From Pseudobdellovibrionaceae bacterium (GTDB lineage: Bacteria; Bdellovibrionota; Bdellovibrionia; Bdellovibrionales; Bdellovibrionaceae), in the NCBI GenBank assembly GCA_039810425.1, contig JBDHWW010000013.1, forward strand, positions 1-64,000: a stretch of 64,000 nt of DNA, written 5' to 3'. The position numbers and the translations under genes were made by a program. Of this stretch, positions 49,982-59,317 are shown piece after piece; positions within the stretch are counted from its first letter, which is position 1, and each line of letters begins with the position of its first letter. Under the pieces are notes generated by a model, which was not told the origin of the DNA, ran no database searches, and saw only the letters and a list, made by a program, of their open reading frames with translations.

Positions 49982-51265
49982 ATGGAAAAACAATACTTGT
50001 CAGGCTTTGGAAATCACTTTTCGTCAGAGGCACGCGCAAATGCATTGCCACTGAATCAAAACTCTCCGCAGGTTGTGCAGCAGGGACTTTATGCCGAACA
50101 ACTGAGTGGCACGGCGTTCACGGCGCCGCGTGCTCATAATTTGGCAAGCTGGCTTTATCGTATTCGTCCTTCTGTTATGCATAAACCCTTTGTGCCGATG
50201 AAAGAGCTCACTGAAAAGACTCTTTTCAAGCCGAAACACATTAATCCAAATCAAATGCGCTGGAATCCACTTCCACTCCCTGCGGCTTCACAGGATTTCG
50301 TTGAAAGCTTGCGCACGGTTTGCGGTATCGGTTCTGCCATAGAGCAAAGGGGGTTGCATATTCACCTCTACGCCTTCAACAAAGTCATGGGCTCCCGTTA
50401 CTTCATGGATGCGGACGGCGACATGATGTTTGTGCTGCAGTCAGGCTCTATTCAGGTGAAAACTGAAATGGGGACCATTGATGCAGAGCCTGGTGAAATC
50501 GTTGTGGTTCCACGCGGTATGAGGTTTCAAGTAAATCCATTGTCCGCCGTTTGCCGCGGTTATGTTGGTGAAAACTTCGGTGCACCTTTCCGCTTGCCGG
50601 AATTGGGCCCCATTGGCGCAAATGGTCTTGCACATCCTCGGCACTTTGAAACTCCCCAAGCCGCCTTTGAGGATATCGAAGGCAAGATGGAGATTGTCGG
50701 TAAATTCTCTGATCGGCTGTGGAGCGCGGAGATGAACCATTCGCCCCTGGATGTTGTTGCTTGGCACGGGAACTATGTGCCATTCAAGTACGATCTTCGT
50801 AAATTCAATACCATCAACACGGTGAGCTTTGACCATCCGGATCCTTCGATCTTTACCGTACTGACTTCACCAAGTGATACGCAGGGAACGGCGAATGTGG
50901 ACTTTGCGATCTTCCCGCCACGTTGGATGGTGGGTGAGCACACGTTCCGTCCACCATACTTCCACCGCAATTGCATGAGCGAATACATGGGCTTGATCTA
51001 TGGTGTGTACGACGCAAAAACCAGCGGGGGTTTCGTTCCTGGTGGCGGCAGTCTTCATAACTTCTATTCGGCCCATGGGCCTGATGCTGACACTTTTGAG
51101 AATGCCAGCAGTGCGGATTTAAAGCCGCACAAGCTTGAAAACACTTTGGCTTTCATGTTTGAAAGTCGTGCGCCTTACCTGCTGACGGAATTTGCAATGC
51201 AGAAAGATTTCCTCCAAGAGGACTATCAAGACTGCTGGCAAGGCTTTAAAAAGAACTTCAAGTAA
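49982..51265 (+). CDS. hmgA: Homogentisate 1,2-dioxygenase
   Basis: GFGN...EA, YAEQLSG.AFT, HPDPSIFTVLT, RPPYFHRN.MSE.MG, HGPD. Confidence 0.96.
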   Translation: MEKQYLSGFGNHFSSEARANALPLNQNSPQVVQQGLYAEQLSGTAFTAPRAHNLASWLYRIRPSVMHKPFVPMKELTEKTLFKPKHINPNQMRWNPLPLPAASQDFVESLRTVCGIGSAIEQRGLHIHLYAFNKVMGSRYFMDADGDMMFVLQSGSIQVKTEMGTIDAEPGEIVVVPRGMRFQVNPLSAVCRGYVGENFGAPFRLPELGPIGANGLAHPRHFETPQAAFEDIEGKMEIVGKFSDRLWSAEMNHSPLDVVAWHGNYVPFKYDLRKFNTINTVSFDHPDPSIFTVLTSPSDTQGTANVDFAIFPPRWMVGEHTFRPPYFHRNCMSEYMGLIYGVYDAKTSGGFVPGGGSLHNFYSAHGPDADTFENASSADLKPHKLENTLAFMFESRAPYLLTEFAMQKDFLQEDYQDCWQGFKKNFK

Positions 51266-51945
51266 TGTTAGCTTTCGAAACCGGCGACTCGCAGCAAAAG
51301 TATCTTTTGCAGGTTCATCAGTTCGTTACGGACTTTAAAGAGCCTGCACCGTCTTTTCTGAACCTAGAAGAGATCGCTTATCTCGGCGCACTCACTAATG
51401 AAAAACGCAAAAACGAATATCTGCAGACACGTTTTGTACTGAAGAATCTTTTGGCGAAGTACATGGGGTTAGCTCCCAACGTCATTCAATTCAAAAAGGT
51501 CGGTGAGGGCAAGCCGGTTTTGATGAACCCCACTGTGCACCTCGATTTTAACTTATCCCACAGCGCCGACTACTTCGCGCTTGCGCTGTCAGAGAAGGGC
51601 GAAGTTGGTGTTGATATTGAAAAGATCCGTCAGCCTCAACATTTGACTCAGATCGCAGAGAAGTTCTTTTCAGCTTCAGAAACAGATTTGATTAAGCAGG
51701 AACCCGATCCCGCAAAGCAGACGGAGATCTTCGCCAAGTTCTGGTCCGGCAAAGAGGCCCTTGTGAAGGCTGTTGGCGGCGGTGTCTTTAAGAATGTTCA
51801 CGAAGTTTTGGTCGATGAGACCCATTGGAAAATAAAAAGGCTTCCGTTGGAATTCGGAAGCCTTTCTGATTGGGATCTACAGTTTTTTGAAACCGTTCCC
51901 GGTTACACTTGCAGTGTTGCTTATAAAACTAGTGTAAGTTCTTAA
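51265..51945 (+). CDS. Sfp-type 4'-phosphopantetheinyl transferase
   Basis: GKP, FNLSHS, VGVDIE, WSGKEALVKA.G.G. Confidence 0.92.
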   Translation: MLAFETGDSQQKYLLQVHQFVTDFKEPAPSFLNLEEIAYLGALTNEKRKNEYLQTRFVLKNLLAKYMGLAPNVIQFKKVGEGKPVLMNPTVHLDFNLSHSADYFALALSEKGEVGVDIEKIRQPQHLTQIAEKFFSASETDLIKQEPDPAKQTEIFAKFWSGKEALVKAVGGGVFKNVHEVLVDETHWKIKRLPLEFGSLSDWDLQFFETVPGYTCSVAYKTSVSS

Positions 51946-53068
51946 ACTTATCGGTTACTTTTTTACTGATCGTCATAATCTTTTCACCTTCTTCCGCGTG
52001 CGAGCAACCAACGTGTGAAGGTGCTGCGCCAGAAAGAAGAACGCCACCCTGAGACTCGTTAGTGTAAGGGAAACGATCTGTCAAAGCCGCAATAGTTACT
52101 TTACGTTTTTCTATGCTTGCTTTCAAGTCTGCAATTGCAGCTCTTTCTGCAACTGCAGAAGACGGCAAGTAATTCAGCAATTGGCTTGCAACATCGCTTA
52201 TGTCTTCATACAGTTTAAGAGCTTTTTTTGCACTTTCGTAAATATACCAGTTTCCTTCTTCTGTCGGAACGTACTTCAGAACACCATTTGAAGAGGCATC
52301 TTTCAAGATTGCTTCGATAGTGATTTCTTCAAGGAAGTAGTGCAAAAGCAAGGTGTCTTGAGCTTTTGCGAATCTTGCGAATGGCAAAGCGCTCTTTTGG
52401 CTTTTTTTGTTATCATCCAAAGACTCATCAGAAAAGATATTTTCAATGATCGCTTTAGTAATAGAGTATTCTGCTCTAATACCCTCATCGTCATAACCTG
52501 TTTCATCTGCGCGAAGCATGAACAAGTGATGCATGAACTCATGCACAAGAGTCCATCTGTTTGTGTTTTCGCGAACGATGATAGCCGCGCCCTTATGAAG
52601 CGAAGGGAAAAGAGAAGAATCTTTCTTAGGTAAATAGAGACCCAAGATTACCTGACCTTTTGGCAAATCTTTGTTTGAAGACTTCCATTTGTCAGAAATA
52701 TCTGAAGGCATTGTTTGCGCGCCAGTGTAGAGGCTTGAAGAGCAGAGGTTTGTTGGAATCAATTCAGACTTATAGACAGTCGCGCCCGTCAAGTTAACGA
52801 AACGAAGAGTTTCATCAACACTGGATGTATATACAGCTGCCAAGTAGTTCAAGTTGAACTCTTTTTCGAAGTAAGTCCGAGCTGTTTTAGACGTACCTAA
52901 AGCACTATAATCAGCAGTCCCACCTTCCGTTAAAGTGAACTGACAGCTGAAAGTGTTCATCTCTTTTGGTGCCGTTAAATTTTTGCCGTCATCAGAGCCG
53001 CTAGAACAAGCGGCGACAGAACCCAAAACAAATCCTGTTACCAGAAATTTTCCCATAACCCCAGACAT
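51929..53068 (-). CDS. Lipoprotein with HExxH zincin-like motif
   Basis: Lipobox VAAC; TLVHEFMHH; downstream EE. Confidence 0.65.
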   Translation of the reverse strand: MSGVMGKFLVTGFVLGSVAACSSGSDDGKNLTAPKEMNTFSCQFTLTEGGTADYSALGTSKTARTYFEKEFNLNYLAAVYTSSVDETLRFVNLTGATVYKSELIPTNLCSSSLYTGAQTMPSDISDKWKSSNKDLPKGQVILGLYLPKKDSSLFPSLHKGAAIIVRENTNRWTLVHEFMHHLFMLRADETGYDDEGIRAEYSITKAIIENIFSDESLDDNKKSQKSALPFARFAKAQDTLLLHYFLEEITIEAILKDASSNGVLKYVPTEEGNWYIYESAKKALKLYEDISDVASQLLNYLPSSAVAERAAIADLKASIEKRKVTIAALTDRFPYTNESQGGVLLSGAAPSHVGCSHAEEGEKIMTISKKVTDKFKNLH

Positions 53069-53206
53069 AGTGTCTCCTTTAATTTGGAAAAGGTTATAGC
53101 GAGAAACTGCCGAAAATTGTTATTTTTTAGCCTGGGCGAAACTTATACAGAAGTGGCAAATATTTATACAAAGTGAATTTTTTCTAAACGCAGGGATTCC
53201 GCGGGA

Positions 53207-54463
53207 TTAGCGGTTCCACTTGAAGCCGATTTGGCCGCTGGCTCTCTCGAGGGCTGAGAGCTCCTGAGTGTTGTTTCCGAAGCTATAGTTTGCCTCGGCA
53301 AAGAAAGTCCAAGCATCACCCACAGCCGTGTCCCACGCCAGTTGGACGGAGGAGGACTGGTCGGTCAGGGACTGAATATAGCGAAGAAATACGTTGTTAT
53401 TCTGAATAAGGAGATCGGGTATGCGCAACGAGGCATAGCCATAGTGCTGCCCTAAGAGCTCGCGACCGGAATTTAAGATGCGTTCTAAATTTTCATTGCC
53501 ACGCGGGTGTTGCGGGACTGCCGACTGGAAAGCGGCAAGCATATCTTCTTGCAACAGGCCGCAAGAGTTGTAAACATACTCTAAGCGGAAGTCCATGCCT
53601 CCTTCCCAGCGAATTCCGCCGACGGCAAGAGTATTCCAAGTTTCATTGTTACGAACATAGACCATATCGTAGAGAAGACTAGGCGAGATGTCCGGCATGT
53701 ACTGGGCAGAACCTTGGGTATGGCGGGCATCGAGGTAGATGCTGAATCCTGGAGTGAGCTCCGAGTTAAAATATTCGCCGGCAAATGGGATCGTGTCATC
53801 GATGGTACCACCCGCCATGCCAAGGTAGTTCAAAGCATTACGGCCCCGGTATTCAATCTTAACGACTCCCTTTGGCTTGAATTTCTGCTCGTAGGTCCAG
53901 AAGGACTGACCGTTATTCATGGGCTCCGCGATGGTAATCACGCTCCAGCGGCTATTGGGGCTCCAATTGGCACGCAGAAGAAAACGTCCGTCTTCACGGT
54001 AAGTATAGGAGCGCTGATCGCGGCGGAAATGAAAGAATGGATTTGTTGGGCTGATAAACTCTGCCGGCCCCCATTGGTAGTTTTGCAGGCCTGCTGCCAA
54101 AGTCAGGCGGCGATTCGGATCGCCTTCAAGGAAAGCCTCGGGAAGAGAGGCCTCACCCGTGAATGTAGTCTTCGTCTCCTCCGTATCCAGATAGCGATAC
54201 TGATTCACCCAGCCCTGAAAGCGGGGACGAAAGACCCAATGCGTGCCACTTTGCCAAGTGTACTTGGTATTGATTCGGAGGTCCGACTGAAAACGGGCTT
54301 CTGGATTATCAAGGCGTCGGCCCGTTGGATCGATCAGGCTTTCCTGGCCCCGCTCCGTGCCTTGAGCAGAGTTGTACCACTCGATATCCCAGCGAAAGCT
54401 CTGTGCGGCGGCTGGAAGAGTCGCGCACAAGAGCAGGGCTAGAATGACCAAATTTCTAAACAT
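53207..54463 (-). CDS. Putative outer membrane beta-barrel protein of the export module
   Basis: Signal peptide; aromatic amphipathic strands; ends GFKWNR. Confidence 0.65.
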   Translation of the reverse strand: MFRNLVILALLLCATLPAAAQSFRWDIEWYNSAQGTERGQESLIDPTGRRLDNPEARFQSDLRINTKYTWQSGTHWVFRPRFQGWVNQYRYLDTEETKTTFTGEASLPEAFLEGDPNRRLTLAAGLQNYQWGPAEFISPTNPFFHFRRDQRSYTYREDGRFLLRANWSPNSRWSVITIAEPMNNGQSFWTYEQKFKPKGVVKIEYRGRNALNYLGMAGGTIDDTIPFAGEYFNSELTPGFSIYLDARHTQGSAQYMPDISPSLLYDMVYVRNNETWNTLAVGGIRWEGGMDFRLEYVYNSCGLLQEDMLAAFQSAVPQHPRGNENLERILNSGRELLGQHYGYASLRIPDLLIQNNNVFLRYIQSLTDQSSSVQLAWDTAVGDAWTFFAEANYSFGNNTQELSALERASGQIGFKWNR

Positions 54464-55772
54464 AAGTTAAGTTTTCAGCAGTGCTATTTTTAAGAGTTGA
54501 ACGGCACACAATCCATGTAGTCACGGCCGCCAAAAGACTCAAGAAAATAAAGCTAAAAACATAAAGATTCGGACTTATAAGGATGCGGAACGGGACAGGT
54601 TCAACCAGAACACCGGCTTTGTAAACGATACCCACTCCATTGAGGATAAAGGTTCCTACAATAGCAATGAGACTTCCGATCACTCCGCCAATAAACGACA
54701 GGGTTACGGCTTCGCTCACAAAGATATACAAGATCTGTTTCGGCACAAAACCGATACTGCGAAGAGTTCCGATTTCGCGCGTCCGTTCTTTCACAAGCTT
54801 CATCATGGTGTTGAAGATGGAAAGACCCGCGATTGCTACGATGATTGAAACCACGAAGTTTCTGAAAACTCCGAGGAGGCTCATCGTGCGCACGTACATT
54901 TCACCGATGATGTGGTTTTCCCAGCGAGACATGCGCTGCTGGAGACCGGCTTTCTCGGCTTCAGCGTTGAACTCTTTGATGATGCCGTCGATGTAGCTGC
55001 CTTTATCGAGGAACTTCACCGTGATGTAGCTGATATTTTTCGTGTTCATCAGCGTCTGAGCATCCTCAAGAGAGGTCGCGAGGAACTTATCGTCGATATC
55101 CTTGTAGAGCGCATCCATCAAGCCCACGACTTGCAAATCCAAAGCGTTTAATTGACCTTCAGGTGTCGTGATGTTGAGCTGAATATCCGGAGAGCTGCAG
55201 TGGAAAGGGCGGACTTCTGGTTTATAACCTGCCACTGCGTTCATCATCTTTACTTTTTGATCAGGAACGCAGCCAAGAATTTTACCGAGGGACTGTCCGA
55301 CTAAAACCGTGTGCTGTTCTTTGAGGGGGCTTCCGTAAAGAGCATTCCAGGCCCAGTCGGGGGCGCGGGTTTTTTCACCCTCAGCAAGGTCGTAGCCATA
55401 GCCACGGAAGATCGTCGACGTCTTACCGTTCGTCACCATTCCGTTAATGGAAAGGAAACGGTTGTAAGCATCGATTTTGTTTTTATATTGATCGAAGAAC
55501 TTATGTACGAACTCTTGTTCAGAAGGAGTGACTTCATACTTCCAAGGTTCTGCGCGGCCTTCGGCATGGCGGAGGTTGAGGTTCTCGACAACCACATCTC
55601 CCCACATCATGCGAGAGCGGAAGGACTCCTGATAGATTCTTTCAACGTCCTTCATGTATCCCTGGAACATCACCAGAGAAATCAAGCCCGCGGCAAGACT
55701 GATCGTTGCCGCCAAGCTTTGGCGCCAGTGCAAGAACACATTTCTAAGGGCAATTTTTAACAGACTATTCAT
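54456..55772 (-). CDS. FtsX/MacB/LolC-type ABC permease
   Basis: ALRN; large periplasmic domain; ERTREIGTLRSIGF. Confidence 0.9.
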   Translation of the reverse strand: MNSLLKIALRNVFLHWRQSLAATISLAAGLISLVMFQGYMKDVERIYQESFRSRMMWGDVVVENLNLRHAEGRAEPWKYEVTPSEQEFVHKFFDQYKNKIDAYNRFLSINGMVTNGKTSTIFRGYGYDLAEGEKTRAPDWAWNALYGSPLKEQHTVLVGQSLGKILGCVPDQKVKMMNAVAGYKPEVRPFHCSSPDIQLNITTPEGQLNALDLQVVGLMDALYKDIDDKFLATSLEDAQTLMNTKNISYITVKFLDKGSYIDGIIKEFNAEAEKAGLQQRMSRWENHIIGEMYVRTMSLLGVFRNFVVSIIVAIAGLSIFNTMMKLVKERTREIGTLRSIGFVPKQILYIFVSEAVTLSFIGGVIGSLIAIVGTFILNGVGIVYKAGVLVEPVPFRILISPNLYVFSFIFLSLLAAVTTWIVCRSTLKNSTAENLTYV

Positions 55773-56506
55773 CGGCTCAAGTTATTCACGTTAAAAAGAG
55801 AAGCCGGAAGGGATTCCGCCTTTGGTTTAGTGTATTCAATGATACTGCGGTTCTTAGGAAACTTAGAATCAGTGATTGTCATTTTGCTGATGAAAGCAAA
55901 GGTCTTACCTTCCGCCGTCATTTTATTATCATACTCAAAATTCGCCCCTTTGAACGGCGTCCCTTGAAGAGTCATGAACTCCGCCTTCAAGGCCAATTTT
56001 GACTTCTTAGAGATCCAGTACTTGATCTGATCGTAAGTAACTTGGTTCGACTTCGCTTTGAGCATCAAGACTGTCGCGTCTTCACCATTTACTTTATCAC
56101 TGCCGGCATCCTTGGCGTCGTAGTCACGGGCATAGTTTGTTGAAGCGATGTCACCATTTGCCGCTTGGCCGGAAAGCTTTTGGCGGGCCGAGATTGAAAC
56201 CGGTTTACGCAGGCTTGGTTTAAAGAACCACATATTGCGGTCATTGAACAAGAAGACTTCGCCTTTGTTACGGGCGGGAGTCAGCGCTTCGACATTGGCG
56301 TCATTGCCTTTTGCTTTAATCGTAAATGTTCTTTCGCTCTGGTCACCGTCTTCTTCAGTGATGATTTTTGCATCCCAAACAACGCCGTCTTTCAGGCCGC
56401 CGCGTGCACGGTCGCTGACTTTTAATAGCTCCGCCGCACTTTCAGCCGCTGCGGAGTGAAGCGAGTAAACTGACATGATGGCACAAAGAATAACTAACTT
56501 TTTCAT
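55769..56506 (-). CDS. LolA-like outer membrane lipoprotein-sorting protein
   Basis: Signal peptide; P...KG...L...RNMWF.KP..RKPV.IS.RQ.L.G.A.NGDIA. Confidence 0.8.
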   Translation of the reverse strand: MKKLVILCAIMSVYSLHSAAAESAAELLKVSDRARGGLKDGVVWDAKIITEEDGDQSERTFTIKAKGNDANVEALTPARNKGEVFLFNDRNMWFFKPSLRKPVSISARQKLSGQAANGDIASTNYARDYDAKDAGSDKVNGEDATVLMLKAKSNQVTYDQIKYWISKKSKLALKAEFMTLQGTPFKGANFEYDNKMTAEGKTFAFISKMTITDSKFPKNRSIIEYTKPKAESLPASLFNVNNLSR

Positions 56507-56517
56507 AAACACACCCA

Positions 56518-57819
56518 CTAGTTTGCCTGTTGTAAAAGGTGAATAATTGGCTTGTTAACAAGTTTCTTGGAAACAACGTATGCACAAATAAGACAAATAA
56601 TCATAATCGGAATCGCCAAGATGATGCAGAACCAAGTGTCTGGATTCATCATGAACTGCATATCGCCCGCAATCCCCGGGGGATCAAAGCGGATGTTTAA
56701 CGAATTCATAAGGAAGGCAATGACTTGAGCTAGAATGTAACCGCAAACTAAGCTGATCGCCGTTAAGAAAAGACTCTCAAGCGTGAATAGCCACGCGGTC
56801 TGCGCGTTCGTAAAACCAATGGCGCGTAAAGTTCCGATTTCGCGGACGCGCTCAAGGATTCCGATGGTCATAGAGTTCACAATCGACAAGGCCACAGCAC
56901 TAAAGATCAAGAAGATGAAGAAGCCCGCCATGATGTACAAGAACCCAACAGTGCCCACGTAGAAAAGGCCAATCGAGTCGTCATTAAAAGGAATCGTCTG
57001 GAAGTCGAGGCCCGCAGCATCGATCTTTGCCTGGAGTTTCTTTTGAATGCTACTAACGCTGGCGTCAGGATTCAAATAGATCGCGAGATAAGTCGCGCCG
57101 TCTGTTGCATAGAGGTTTTGTAAAACACTCAGCGGAGCAATGAGGCTCGTATCTTCGGCCATCATCATACCTGTCGTATGTTTAAAACCTAAGTTCGCGT
57201 TCACCGCATTCAGATCGCCATCAAAAGTGCGGCCTGCAAGCTGAACATCTCTTTCAGCAACTGACAAATCCGTGAACGGGGCCTTACGACCGATCAAAGT
57301 GCCTAGCTGCTTTGTCACAGAGACTGTTTCAGCAAGCGCTCCTTCAGCGTCCTTGATCGAAGGCTCTTTTGCAGAAGGCACCAGTTCAGGAGTCCAACGA
57401 CTTACTTGCGGATGAGATTGAATACGTTTTTCGTCAGAAGGGGTAATACCGTAAGCAACGAAAGGAACGGATTTGTTTCCGTTACTGAGAAGTCCCATGC
57501 CTTGCAGAACAGGAACCGTGAATTCAACCGCAGGTTCTTGTGCTGTGATCTCGCGGATTTTCTGCATATCGTCCGCGCTGAGGTGAAACTTACGAGGATT
57601 ATTGTAGAAGCCGTCCACGCCGCCTTTTTTGTAAATGGCGATATGGCCCGTGTGATTCACGTACACGGAGCTCGTGCGCATGAAGTGCTCTACGTAGATA
57701 ATGTAACCGCCTAAGAGGCAAAGGCCTGTAAAGCCCGCGATGATCGCAATCCCGGTTGAAAAGCTACGACGCTTGTTCTTCCAGAGGTTGCGAAGGGCCA
57801 TTTTGCTAAACAACGTCAT
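56518..57819 (-). CDS. FtsX/MacB/LolE-type ABC permease
   Basis: ALRNL.KNKRRS; ERVREIGTLRAIGF. Confidence 0.9.
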   Translation of the reverse strand: MTLFSKMALRNLWKNKRRSFSTGIAIIAGFTGLCLLGGYIIYVEHFMRTSSVYVNHTGHIAIYKKGGVDGFYNNPRKFHLSADDMQKIREITAQEPAVEFTVPVLQGMGLLSNGNKSVPFVAYGITPSDEKRIQSHPQVSRWTPELVPSAKEPSIKDAEGALAETVSVTKQLGTLIGRKAPFTDLSVAERDVQLAGRTFDGDLNAVNANLGFKHTTGMMMAEDTSLIAPLSVLQNLYATDGATYLAIYLNPDASVSSIQKKLQAKIDAAGLDFQTIPFNDDSIGLFYVGTVGFLYIMAGFFIFLIFSAVALSIVNSMTIGILERVREIGTLRAIGFTNAQTAWLFTLESLFLTAISLVCGYILAQVIAFLMNSLNIRFDPPGIAGDMQFMMNPDTWFCIILAIPIMIICLICAYVVSKKLVNKPIIHLLQQAN

Positions 57820-58499
57820 TCTGTGATCACTCCGTCTTGGATGCGGATGATACGGCCGACGCGATCAATGAGCTTTTCATCATGTGAACAGAACAAGAAC
57901 GTGATTTGCTTCTTTTGATTGAGTTCCAAAAGAAGGTCGATGATCTTATGGCTTGTTTTAGAATCTAAGTTCGCTGTTGGCTCATCGGCAAGAACAAGTG
58001 TCGGATGAGTCACAAGGGCGCGAGCAATCGCCACACGCTGGCGCTGACCGCCTGAGAGCTTGTCCGGCGGGTAGTGAGCAAACTGCTCAAGCTCAACGTC
58101 TTTCAACGCCGCCATTACGCGGTTCTTTCTTTCTTCAGCGCTGACTTCAGGTTGGATTACGAGTGGCAACTCGATGTTTTCATAAACATTGAGAACCGGG
58201 ATCAGATTGAATGATTGAAAGATAAAACCGATTTTATGATTTCTGAGAGAGCTTTTTTGAACTTCGTCTAAGTGAGTGATGTCTTGGCCGTCGAAAACGA
58301 TTTGTCCGTTATCAGGTGAATCGATGCAACCGACGAGGTTGAGAAGAGTACTTTTGCCTGAACCTGATTTTCCGATGAGAGCTGTGAACTCTCCTTTTTT
58401 AATTGAGAGATTCAGACCGCGCAATGCTGGCACGGTCGTCTCGCCCAGGTGATAAGTCTTAACAACGTTCTTTAAGGCGAGAATTTCATTTGATTGCAT
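57816..58499 (-). CDS. LolD/MacB-type ABC ATP-binding protein
   Basis: GKSGSGKS, LSGGQRQRVAIARAL, ADEPTANLD, SHD. Confidence 0.95.
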   Translation of the reverse strand: MQSNEILALKNVVKTYHLGETTVPALRGLNLSIKKGEFTALIGKSGSGKSTLLNLVGCIDSPDNGQIVFDGQDITHLDEVQKSSLRNHKIGFIFQSFNLIPVLNVYENIELPLVIQPEVSAEERKNRVMAALKDVELEQFAHYPPDKLSGGQRQRVAIARALVTHPTLVLADEPTANLDSKTSHKIIDLLLELNQKKQITFLFCSHDEKLIDRVGRIIRIQDGVITE

Positions 58500-58507
58500 T
58501 GGGGTCC

Positions 58508-58735
58508 CTAAGTTTTGCTATTCATGACCGAGATCAGATCCCCCACTGTTTTCACCGGGATCAAATCCTCTTGGTTTAATCTAATATTAAAAGTGTTCTG
58601 GAGATCGATGACCATGTCAATGAGGATAAAGGAGTCGATAACCAGTTCTTGAAGGACTGCGTTGTCAGTAATCTTCTCTGAAGGAACACTCAAAATCTGG
58701 CTAATGCGAGTTTTAATCTTATTATTATCTAACAT
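58508..58735 (-). CDS. Acyl carrier protein
   Basis: 75 aa, acidic; LVIDSF Ppant site; TVGDL. Confidence 0.85.
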   Translation of the reverse strand: MLDNNKIKTRISQILSVPSEKITDNAVLQELVIDSFILIDMVIDLQNTFNIRLNQEDLIPVKTVGDLISVMNSKT

Positions 58736-58744
58736 GGTTCTACC

Positions 58745-59317
58745 TTAGTCCTTCTTAAATTTTAAAATACCAGCGATGCGCTCTTCATGCTCTTTAACTG
58801 TCTTCTGATAGACTTCTTTGTCCGCATCGTAGAAGCGTTTGAGCGTCTTATCGATGTGTTCTTTGCCGTATTCGCCCTCCATGTTTTTCAGAGCTTGTGT
58901 CACCCATTCGATGTGCCACTTTTCATCTTCAACAATGAGGTCGAGTGTCTTTTTAATCTCAGGATTTAAGTCCTGAGCCTGACGATGTAGAGCATACTGT
59001 CCAATCACGCGTTTTTCAAAGATCAACGTGATGCCCAAAACTTCCATGATATTCGCCGGCATTCCCGCAGCAGAAATATACTGGTCCTGATAAGCGGTAT
59101 CGAGTTTGATGGGTTCGTGTCCAAGAGTTTGTAAGCAACGAGTCCAGAACCAAGAGTGCTGAGATTCATCGGCAAAATGTTTTGTGAGATCCGTTTGAAT
59201 CGGACCTGGCGGCAATGATTTTGCGAGACGGCCGAAAAAGAGAGCGCCCGAGATTTCACTCGTGCGATAAAAGCTCAGAAGCCATCTTTCATTCTCTGTT
59301 AAAGGCTGGATTTTCAT
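58745..59317 (-). CDS. Ferritin-like diiron-carboxylate protein
   Basis: SE...DESQH...FE...DEKWH ligand pattern. Confidence 0.8.
   Translation of the reverse strand: MKIQPLTENERWLLSFYRTSEISGALFFGRLAKSLPPGPIQTDLTKHFADESQHSWFWTRCLQTLGHEPIKLDTAYQDQYISAAGMPANIMEVLGITLIFEKRVIGQYALHRQAQDLNPEIKKTLDLIVEDEKWHIEWVTQALKNMEGEYGKEHIDKTLKRFYDADKEVYQKTVKEHEERIAGILKFKKD

Noticed and set aside
53714..54442. Long antisense ORF (and similar shadow ORFs such as 41930-42550, 8779-9375 and 30276-30854)
   Set aside because: They overlap well-supported genes on the opposite strand and show no motifs.
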